Shown: positions 25,501-36,593 of the stretch, in pieces
Position numbering within the stretch: the first letter of the stretch is position 1
Layout: each line of letters begins with the position of its first letter
Source: Lytechinus pictus
Lineage: Eukaryota
DNA length: 64,000 nt
Assembly (NCBI RefSeq): GCF_037042905.1
Contig: NC_087251.1
Coordinates: 27,406,001-27,470,000, forward strand
Direction of reading: 5' to 3'
Made by a program: the position numbers and the translations under genes
Notes under the pieces: generated by a model
What the model saw: only the letters and a program-made list of their open reading frames with translations
Told to the model about the DNA's origin: nothing
The model's database searches: none

Positions 25501-28415
25501 TTTTAAAATCCTGATGTGTAAGTAAAGCTCAATGTTTGATCCAAGCAAACATTCCTAGGGTAAAAAATGTAGATTAAATGTAGCCTGTGGTATTAAAGCA
25601 AATCCCTTTAATTAGGGAGAAATGTTTAAGCCCTCTTCAACGCAGACAAAAGGAAATGCATTTTATCTTCTTGGAGCCCTGAGAATGACGGATAAGTGGA
25701 ACAACTTTACAATATTATCAGTGTTTGATGTTGTAGAAATAGTTTGCTACAGTTTAATCTCACTTATTTTGTTGATTAATGTTTATCTTATTCTTTCTAT
25801 CTTTAGTATGCTCTTTTAAAATATATCCTATGATTTCCTCAACTTTTAGCTTTCTTGTGTTAGTCTATGTCTGGTAGATTTATTTTTTTTAAGAAACTGA
25901 GTGAGTGTAAAAAAACGCTTTGAAAGTTTGTTTGAATAGTATTCAAAATGTTGCCAAAGTTTGTAATTTAATTATGTATTGTTATTAGTCTGATGACATA
26001 TATAATAAAAAATATAACAATACATATGCCAATCTGTCACTTGGCTGTAAATAATCAGTTTGATTTCTGTCAGGAAGCTTGGGGATGTTGCAGTTTACAC
26101 CTATTCATCAAAAAGTGACTTCATCACAGGCATTTCCAGTATTAAATAAAGATTTGATAGCACCAAAAATTAATTTGTCAACGCTTGACATGATGAAACT
26201 TGTTGTATTTACAATCGAAACAAGTTCAAGAAAAACCTGAAAGTGAAGGTATTTTAAAAATGTTTTGAAGTTTGGGTTCATCTATGTGAGCATTCACTCA
26301 TACTCAATCCATTTCCTAGCATGAAATATTTGTTACTTTTTCTGTGAAAAGTTATTTGCATGCAAGCAATATACATGTAAGCCTATTGTCCAAGCAGGAG
26401 CTCATTACTTGTATTGATGTACTATTTTGTGTGTAAGTTAGATCATTGTTTGAATATGTTTTGTCTTGGTTATCTGTAAAGGAATTTCTTTTTTTATCAA
26501 GTGTATCCGTGAACTGTCGTACTTCACTGCACTTTGCAAGTGCTGACAAAATTTAAAGCCATCAGCCAGATGAAGAAATCATGTGCATGTTTACGATCAC
26601 GACCATCAACCCAAACTTTAATACCCCAAGTTTGTACACCGCAGCTTGCCATTCTAATGAGTCTATATTCTGTTATCTTGTCAAATGTCTTTCGCTGATG
26701 AGCTTTCGAGAGCTCAGCACGTCAGAGCGTTTCCGAACTTCAAGCGATTAGTGTGGCATGAAAACCACACCATGTTTCTTTGAGAAGTTTTGCCAAAGCA
26801 TTATTAAAGACAATTTAACAGTTGATTGATAGATCTACTGAAGACCTAGAAAGATTGAACCCTTTCAAGACAAGATCCATTTTTGAGAGTTCATTTGTTC
26901 ACACTTTGTTCTTCAAATTGGCAATGATAAATTTTGTCTTGTTGCTGCGTTATGTAGATGCAATATCTCTTGAAATAAGTTACATGTCTATAGCAAAAAT
27001 TACAATACTTTGAATACTCCAAATTTATTTGAAATTATGGTACCAATATTATAAAAATCAACACAGTCATAGAACAATAACCAATCTTCTATATAAGAGT
27101 AGAAGCTGTTTCCCATTTCCTCTTGTTCCAGACTTTATTATTATTGGGGAGGGGGGGGGGGTCTTTCATTCCATATTTATGTTATCAAACAAGAAATAAT
27201 GGTTAATAAAGGGTTAATATCATCATTTGAATATTTTCCATCCCCTTATGAACCTGTCGACAATCTAATTCTACAATTCACTTAGATTTTGTGTAAAAAC
27301 CTCCCAAGTTTCAGTAGACAATTGATTAGTTTGATAAAACAATGTTTCCCTTAACCTGTATGTGTCTTCATGTTATGTTTGTTCCTTTGAATGTCTGTTC
27401 GTAAATGAATCTTTTTTTTTAATCTTTCTTTAAATCTTTTCCACTCTTCGTTATTGAAAAGATATTATATACCTGTATAAGACAACTACTTTAGGGTGTG
27501 TTTTTTTTTCATTTTAGATCTGAAAATGTCAGTATATAGGTTATTTTATTAATTTGATTGCATTTTTATTTACATTTTTATGGGCTTGTAATTGCTATTC
27601 TGATAAATTTCTGTCACCTACATGACTTAATCACTAAATGTCATGCAAAATGAGCTTAATTATCTCAGTTTGATATTAAAAATACACAGGGAGGGAAATA
27701 TACTGATGAATTAACGTCTTGACTTAACAAATTTTTCCAGGAATTTAAACTTTCTCTCGTCTATACCTGTATCTAGTTTGTTTCATGTATAGTATGATTA
27801 CTCTTGTTAATAGAGTAGTATTCATATTGTGAACATATTTTTGTTTAAAGTTTTTAGAAAAGTTTTTACTTCTCTAATTCCTCCATATTGCTCTCCATAT
27901 TTTCACATTTGACTTTGATTGGTCAAAATTCTTTTCTCTCAAAATTATATTTCTTTTCTTATCTTCTTTTATGTTTCATTTTTGTTTGATCTGTTTGATA
28001 TTGTTCTTTACATAATTTATTTTTATGTACAAAGTTCTTGAGTGGAATTAGATGATAATATTTAACATTTTTTATATTGTCGCAATTTGAAAAGTTGATC
28101 AATTCAACTTTTTCTGGAAACTGTGTAAAAAATGAAAAAAAAAATTGTAGAATAACACATCTGGCAAGCCCCTTTTATGAAAAAACAATGCTCCCTTGAA
28201 ACATTCATACAATCCTTTTGTTTGCTATCTTTTGCTGAATGTATTAAAAATTATTTCCACTTTCGGAAATTGTCTCCTTCATATGATTAATTTTGCCTAA
28301 TTTATTCCCGTTTGCATTTCCAACTGATTACTTAAATTATTGGAAATAGCTGTCATAATGCATGATTAACTCTTGTCTCCCTTTTTTTCTTGGTCATCTT
28401 TCATTTTTTATCCAG

Positions 28416-28484
28416 GCGGAATCCAACGAGCAGAGGATAACCAGCGCCGACAAGAGAGCGAAAAACATCCTTAGAAAGCAGTAA
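28416..28484 (+). CDS. SNAP25: SNAP-25 distal terminal exon C (AESNEQRITSADKRAKNILRKQ*)
   Basis: Strong polypyrimidine tract and tatccag| phase-0 acceptor. Gap-free alignment to the SNAP-25 C-terminus, followed by a long AT-rich putative 3'UTR. Confidence 0.92.
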   Translation, partial: AESNEQRITSADKRAKNILRKQ

Positions 28485-29102
28485 GAGGTCACCTGACTGA
28501 TCACATGATTGAACATTGGAAGTGTGAATGTGTCACCTGACTTGCCAGGGCTTGTCCAGAATGGCAGCCGTCTTAACAAAGACTCGATGAGAGCGGATGA
28601 ACGCAGCAATATCTCTTTTGCAACAAGAAAATAGATGAATAAATTAATAATAAAAACTCGATAGATGCAAACAATAACATAGCTATTTTTTGGAAATGGA
28701 ACTTTGTTTTAAGGAAAGGTTGAGATTTGAAAGGGTTGTGTATCAACTGGCATGGTGATTATTTATTTTTCAAGATACTTGCCTGTGTTAGTTGAATATC
28801 ATTGAATATGATTGTTGTTTGCTTGTAACAAGGGACGTGTTGCTTAAATTTCAGGTACTGCCTCCCCCCCTCTTTTTCTCTGTAACGTCCTCCCATGTAT
28901 TTATCTGTATCTCGCTAATTTTCTGTCTCTTCCTCTATATCTGTGTCATTTATATTTTTTGCTATCTTCTGCCTTGCTTTTCTGTCTCTCATTTACACCA
29001 TCTTTTCTTTCACTTAGACTTTCTTGCTCTCTCTCTCTCTCTTCTATCTGTCTTTTTCCTTTTCTATGTCCCTTCCCCCGAATACTCGACTCTTTTCTTT
29101 AT

Positions 29103-29361
29103 GGTCCGAATTCTGAACTCTGGTCTAAATTAAAGCCTAACAGTACAAATCCACTTTATGAACTAATTTGACACTCAAATTGTACATAATTGTCTTGGAA
29201 TGATAACTGAAGTAGTTTTCTTCATTATGAAAGCAAAAGGAAACGAAATAGTAAACAAGAAATATACAATATAAACAGAATTTTTGAAATTTTGGTTCCC
29301 CATAATTTTAGCACAGAGTTAGACTGTGGTCTAATTTAAACCTGACTTCAGAATACAGTCC
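29103..29361. mobile_element. MITE (same family as 9937-10204)
   Basis: TIRs ggtccgaattctgaactctggt / aaacctgacttcagaatacagtcc. Confidence 0.55.
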
Positions 29362-31018
29362 TTTGTCTCTATCTTACGTTGCTCTATCTGTGGCTTTCAG
29401 ATTTTCTTCTCTGAATGTCTTTCTACCTTTCCCACTCTGTCTCTACTACCCTCCCCCCCCCCCCATTTATAATGTCTATATGCTCTTTTAGATTGTCAGT
29501 CTAAATGTATTCAATATTGTACGTTGATGATATTTAGCAACAAGGTGTGACAGAGATCTATCTATTCTTGGTTCAATAAGCAGAAGATTTGCTTCCATTG
29601 TTCAATATACATAGATATATAAGGCAAGTATATGGATACCATGTCCTTGCTCTCTTTCCTCGAGTCAACCTAGTTGGTTTTATGATATGGCATTGTTGCT
29701 GTATAATGCATTTGATTTATTGGCTCAGAATAAAATAGGTATGTAAAAAAAAACAGCTTCAATTATAATGCTTAGATAATCGACTTTGTATGTTGATGTC
29801 ACATTATTAATGTTGTACCTGTAGTTTTGTCCGTGTAGGTTGTAATCATTCAATCTGCTATGAGATAAGCTGTACTGTAGATTAATTGCCCTCAAAAACT
29901 ATAGAAACCTACCATTCTTTACTAAAAATTGAGGTGGGATAGTATATGAGTCATATCACATTTTCAATCTTTCATTTTGATCCAAGTTTGTTCTATTTTG
30001 TAATTTTAATATTATGTAACATATATAGTTAAACACAATAAGTAGGGTATCATATTGTTTGATTGTTTCATAAAATTTTTTTATGAATAACAAAGTCAAG
30101 AATTTTTGCAAACTTATCCATTCAAATGGCATATATTGATATTGATTGGCTTTTTAGATTTTTTTTTCAATTTTGAATTAGATATTTCCATGTTCTATAA
30201 GTGTTATGTTTTGTTTTGTTTTATAAAATCTAAAATTAATGAACAAGAGAGCCCACAAAAACCAAGAAGTGTGTGACATTGGTTTAGTTGTAATCTTTTT
30301 AAGGTGGGTTTGACAAAGAACCACTCCACTTATTTCTGATTTGAACAAAATATAATCGAATCAGTTTGTTTCTTATAAAATTTACTTGGTGACATCAAAG
30401 ATTTGCAGAGAAAAATCTACTGCCATTTGGTGCTTGTACAGTTTTTTTCCATTTTGTTTTATAAAACAAAATTATATAATTTTACTCTTTTTGACTGTAC
30501 AATTTACATGAATGCATATGGAAATAATTGCAGCTAGATTTCAGGGAAATCCTTATTTCAAACTCTCAGTTGACTACCGATAGTATCATTACAAGTCCTT
30601 TCTACTCTTCTATTTTTAGATGTAAGAATGGATATAATTTTAATCATATTAAGGACCAGCATAATTAAATATATATGGTGAGTTGGTTCTTAGGATATGT
30701 TTCCATACTAAATTGCTATTGAACCCAAAAGTCTTCTGAGTCCTTGTATAGTCTTGACTTATTAAACACAATTTAATTTCAGTATGAGACACATTTTCAA
30801 TAGACCAAAGTCCATGTTTCTCTTGCAAAGGTTCAAAAAGAATAATCCTGTTTAAAATAGAGTATTCAGTAGTCAAAGTTTGAGGAGAGGAGCTAACCAA
30901 TGATTCTGTTCTATACAGAGCCCTCATTTAACTTCCTATCTGAAGGACAGGGTGGTAATCACTAGCTCAACAGAGCTTTAGCACAACCTAGGTTTCATTT
31001 CCCCACCCGACCACAGTG

Positions 31019-31142
31019 TGTTGTATTACTTAAAAAGTTACAATTAACCTGTTGACATCTGGAACCGGGTTATACCTGTACAAAGTCTATGGGAATGACA
31101 GCATTCAGTATTCAACGGGTTAATTGTAACTTTGATGCAACA
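31019..31142. repeat. Short inverted repeat, probable MITE remnant
   Basis: aaagttacaattaacctgttga pairs with tcaacgggttaattgtaacttt. Confidence 0.5.
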
Positions 31143-33970
31143 AGGTCCAATGTTTGGGAATAGAATGGGTATGGTTGTTCATGTCATGGTAATATCTTCT
31201 GTTGATTCTGTAGGCAGTATCAACAAGTAGAAGAAAAGAAAAACAGCAGGATGTTACTCACTTTTGAACCATTTTGATATTTTGTACCACAATCAGAAGA
31301 TTCTCAATGCATAAAAAAATGAACTCAAATCAACATCCCATAGACTGATAAAGAAGATAACATTTCATTGAATCTCAATCTATTTGTTTGGTAGCCGAGT
31401 CATCAAACAACACTGTATCTCAAAATCACTGTTTTTTTATATTATTTTTTATAAAAGATTCCCAATTTGGTCGGCCAACAAGTGCATTTGACAAAATAAC
31501 AACAATAAATAGATTTATAGTATATATTATAACTCCAACATAAGCTTGGATGGAGGAGAGAAATTGCCCATTGATATTCTTGCATGAACCTCTCCCTTTG
31601 TCACAACATGGAGAAGGACTACCTGCTCAGATTTTTGCACAATAGAATAAGTGACCTGGTAGTATAATATTCATATGAAAAGGACTGTTATGGTACATAT
31701 GCTATTTCATATTTATTTAGACAAGGTCTTCCTATTGGACCGTGTTTAAGTGAATTTGGTGAGTCATGTTCGGAGTCAGTTTATTTATCTTTTTGAAAAT
31801 GTCTATGGTCAGCTATTATAATGATTCGGAAGAACAGTTTATATGGCATTCTGTATAATGCAGTAATTTGATGCAAGACTAATACTGAAGCAGTAGTTTC
31901 CAATTTATTATTTGAAATACAGATAAATCACTCTTGAGGGTTGAACAATTTTAGAACTGTTCAAAAGAAATTATGAAAGTAATTTCTTTATATCATGTGT
32001 GCCTGTGTGCTATCCCTGGTCTCTTAACCAAGTAATTACTCAAACACTAATTCACAAGGATTTAGATTAAGTCCATACAGATTTGAATTTAAAGCATCAA
32101 AAGTTGAATTCAAATCCTTTGAGATTTAGAAATGAATATTTAGAATTCAACTTAAATTGTTTGACTGTTTGCTATTCACAGCTGCTCTGGATTTAATTTA
32201 AATCCTTGTAGTTTTGAAGGTAGTTGGGCATTACTGATGAAAGAAAACTTTTATGTTGAACATTCGTATGAAAATTCAAATGTAATGTGATGAATATTGT
32301 ATGATATGAACATTTTATTGAAATTAATACTTTTGACTTATTGGAAGTTAAGTTCTTTATGTAGCTAGAGGAAATTAAGTTTGTTTTCAGGAAGTTGTTT
32401 GTAGTTGCTGTCGTATATGTGCACCATTTGCATTAGGAAAAATCGTCACATGATTTTTTTTTTTTCACGTTTGTTGATAATTTTAATATTCTTATAACGT
32501 GATATCTCTGTAATATACGATGATCTGCCAAATTGCAAACATGTTTTTAAGCTCTGTGGACTTATAGGACAATATTGACTGTAATTCCTTGATATTTTAT
32601 TGAGAAATAGAAGTTAAGATTCAGCATCTACATTTGCATGACTAACGTAAATATGCAGTATACGATGAATGTGGAGTATACTAGTAATTATAACATCTAA
32701 AGCCTCTCTTGTAAACTGCACAATAACATTATTGTTTGAATATGCAAATGTATCATTCCACTTTCTTGAAATGGCCATCTAAAACATCTTTCTTCTTGTA
32801 ATGTATTGCTTAAAGAAAAATCAGTGCCATTTTTCCCCTCCATAATTTTGTATTTTTATATAATTCAAGAGCAAGATAATTCAAGCCCTATATAGCGCAG
32901 TCACATTTCGCCTAGGATGGCCATACTCCAAGTCGAAAGCGGCCGTTTTTACCATCTTTGTACCAGCTTCCTACGTGTGGTTCGTATAGAAATCTGCTGT
33001 TTTCGACTCACCGTGCAGACACCGCAGGGGAAATGTGACTGTCACATTAGATTAATAAATTGTTTATAAAAATGAATTCCTTATTTTTAGATAAATTTAC
33101 CAAAAGAATCTGCTTGTGAATTGTACTAGTAATTTGTTTAAATTTTTTATAAAACATTATTTGTATTTTTTTACATTGTAGCTTGTTAATAATTCATATT
33201 TATTTGTAACCTAACTTTCATCTCATTTCCTTTCCAGTATATACATTTTAGACTCATGTTATTATTTAAAAAGAAACACCCATACCATGTGTTATTACAA
33301 GTATTTTCCCTTCTTTTCATTTATTAGCTTTTGCAAAAAACACATGTTTTTAAACAACCAGAAAAAAAATCAATTAATAGATTTGATTCTTTGTTTTGAC
33401 TTTCTAGTTGAAAAAGATGTCAACTTTTGTTCTTGATTTATTTCAAAATGTTTCATGTAGAGAGATTAAATAAGCAGTGTTGTTCTACATGTAAAAATGT
33501 GCATTGGTGATAACATTTGTATAGAAGAAGGTTATACATAAGATATCTATATATATATTTCATTTGAATTGTGCATATTGTGAATATATATTATACTATG
33601 AAAATGCAATCAATAATTTTGCATTCCCTTAAAAAGTGTTATGGAATTTATTTCTTGAAAATAAATCTGATTAAGCTAATAAGCTTGTACTTAAAGACTT
33701 CTTGCAAACACTTTCGAGTTGTTTTTGTATTGTGAACACTAGTTTAAGTTAGATATGTATATGATTGTTGAAGTGAACTGGAATATGAAATGATTGCAAC
33801 ATAATTTGCTCGACTGTACCCCCCAAAAAAAAATGAGGGACAGCATATTCAGTTTTCGTAACACTTCGTAGGGGGAGAGTGATGATGAATACAAAACATG
33901 AGCAAATTGTGTAACCCCTGATAAAAAAAATAATATTCAGAGTGATTATTATTTTAAATAATAATATATG

Positions 33971-33975
33971 TGATG

Positions 33976-34007
<32 letters not shown>

Positions 34008-34350
34008 GACAATGATGATAATGATGATGATGATGCCGATGAGGGTTATGATGATGATGCCGATGATGGCAGTGGTGGTGGTGGTGATGTTGGCAACAAT
34101 GGTGGTTTGGGGGTGGTGATGATGATGATGATGATGGTGATTGTTGCAGTGGTGGTGGTGGTGGTGATGGCAGTATAATGGAATGGGTGATTGTAACAGT
34201 AGTGGTTGTGCTGACAAAATTGGTGATTGTAGCAGTGGTGGTGATGGTGACAATAGTGGCTTTGATGGGAGTGGTGATATTATGTCACTGTCATTCAAAG
34301 TTGTTTGTGAACAGGAGGATGAGAATGGCGAGGACGATGAATTGGTGGTA
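33971..34350. repeat. (GAT)n/(GGT)n compound microsatellite
   Basis: Directly visible trinucleotide runs; source of the low-complexity ORFs. Confidence 0.9.
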
Positions 34351-35677
34351 ATAGTTATCACAAAATGTGTTTTACAACTTCCCTCCGCTTCCTGATCTTG
34401 GATGGACACGTTGTATTCTTGCTTAATTCACCCGGTGTTGATACCCAACTATATTATATACATGGTCTGTTGTTCTCTCGCCTTTCAAATCCAGTCCAAT
34501 GCATTATTTTCTCCACATCCTGCATGCACTCAACCCAGGTGAGGTAAATATTTTGGTAACAGGACTGGTATGACTTATTCCTTGAATGCTTTAGTACCTA
34601 TATTGCGTCTCGGCTTTAGATGGGGTGATCATGATACCATGTATGTAAACCATGTAAACGTAGAGTTTTAGCATAATAGCTGCACTTTATATTCTACCAT
34701 TATTAATTTTTGTAACTGGAGAATATCTAAATATGCCTTCTGAGGATGGAATTTTGTTAATCTCTAATAATAGGTAAATCACCTGATTTTTTCCCTCTGT
34801 TATTTACATTCTTGCCTTTACCACACTATAGGGGATGAGGAATAGTTAGAAGAGACAAAAGTAACTGCTTTTACTACATGTTTATCACTTATCTGTTGAT
34901 AAGCTTTACTTTTCTAATGTAAACTAATAATGTGTATGCTGCTTTTTTATTTATTTATTTTCAAATTACTTGTATTGTTTATACAGTATGTGATTTGTTA
35001 CACAAAATCATGAAAACCAAATAAAAAATTGTTTCTTTAAATATTACCAGCATCATTTTAAATTGGAAAGCTCAGATACTAATATCATCGGAGAATTGGA
35101 ACTATGGTCTTGTGAATTATGAACCATTTGATTTTTTTTTCTTTAAATGAATAATTTGTTATCCTTTATATAGTCAAATCAAGAACTAACTCGCAACTAA
35201 TACAATTGAGTTATTTGCAGCAATTATTTATTTAAAATAAGAGAATGTGCTTGCTTCTAATTTGCACTTTGTACCCTACACACACGACACACCCCATCCG
35301 AAATGTCAAATAGTTCAACGTCAATAAAGTTTTCTTTCTCTCTCTCTTTCCAACATCAAAGGCGACGCTATGGATGAACGGTCATCTAAAATACAAATAA
35401 TTTAGCAAAATCCCTGAAAACACAATTTCATTATTCTGATATTGTGACGATGTAGCCCGTGCCGGTGGCTGGGTGGTACATATTCGATGTACATTGAATC
35501 ATCGTTCTTTTCTATTAAAAACACAACACTCTTTTGGTGGGACTGTTTCACTGGAAAACTTTTAATGACTGGATTTCCTGGCTAGGCTTTAATAGTTCAT
35601 AATTCATAACTGCTCTGCGGAATTATCGTCACTTTGACATATTATTCACAGATTGATTGGTTGAACATCTTTAAAAG

Positions 35678-35735
35678 ATGAAGTCAATCCTCTGTTTCCC
35701 CCTGCTTCTCTTACTGGTGTGTTTCACTCGAAAAG
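35678..35735 (+). CDS. Type I membrane protein (Shisa-like/WBP1-VOPP1-like), coding exon 1: signal peptide
   Basis: ATG...MKSILCFPLLLLLVCFTRK, then a consensus AAG|gtaagt donor in phase 1, matching the phase of the next exon. Confidence 0.75.
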
Positions 35736-36593
35736 GTAAGTCATAATTCGCCGCAAAAATCTATATTTCTGTTATTACATCAACTGCGTCTGTTGACGTT
35801 CATTTTGCCACAATCTCATTATAACTGCAGTTATTTCCGATGAAAAGAAGAGGTATAAATAGATCGGCCGTAGATGGTTGTCATCCCAAGACAAAACTTT
35901 ATCCAGAAAATCTATTTTTTTTTTTTTTACTGCTGATTTATTTCATGACGGAAGACAAAAATTCTTTTCTTAGTGAGGGGATTTTGAGTGTGGTTTGAAG
36001 GAGTTTACAAAACGCCTCTTGATAGTGCCTATGATTTCTTTGCTTGCTCCTGTTTGCTTCTGTACGTCAGGAGTGGTTAGAAGGAAAGTACGCCCACAAC
36101 ATGATGATGATTATAAAATATATCATTTTTCACCTCTTTGGCGTTCATAATTTTCAAAACAGTGATTAGTTGTCTACCGAGAGGCTTGTTAGTAATACTG
36201 CTTACATTAAGCATGTTAAGGATAATATTGAGATTACAAGTAATAGACACTGGTTTTGTTGTTTAATGTCCGTTTTTTGCCCTCTATCTTATATAATGTG
36301 TTAAGTTTGCCTTATGTAAATAAGACGTGTCTGGTTGATTTGGAATGATATTGAAATGACTATAATTATGAGAGTTAACATTTTTAATTAAGACACAAGG
36401 ATTCATTAAAGCTGACATTTCTTTCAGGTTCCATTATTTATTTCACATCAAAATGTGCGTAATGCAGACTGACACTTGTTGCAGCTTTACATAACTCCCC
36501 TTCCCCCCAAAAACCAATATATATATATATATATATAATTTCCTTGAGCTTTTTTTTTGGGGGGGGGGGGGGGAGGTTGCTGTAGATGCTTTA

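Noticed and set aside
26695..26775. Hammerhead ribozyme or C/D snoRNA suggested by CTGATGA plus a stem-loop
   Set aside because: The stem is followed by tcagc, not the required GAAA. No stem I/III pairing and no properly placed box D were found.
33749..34409. Poly-Asp/His/Ile ORFs (and poly-Arg/Ser ORFs at 41815-42177)
   Set aside because: Trinucleotide microsatellite artefacts.
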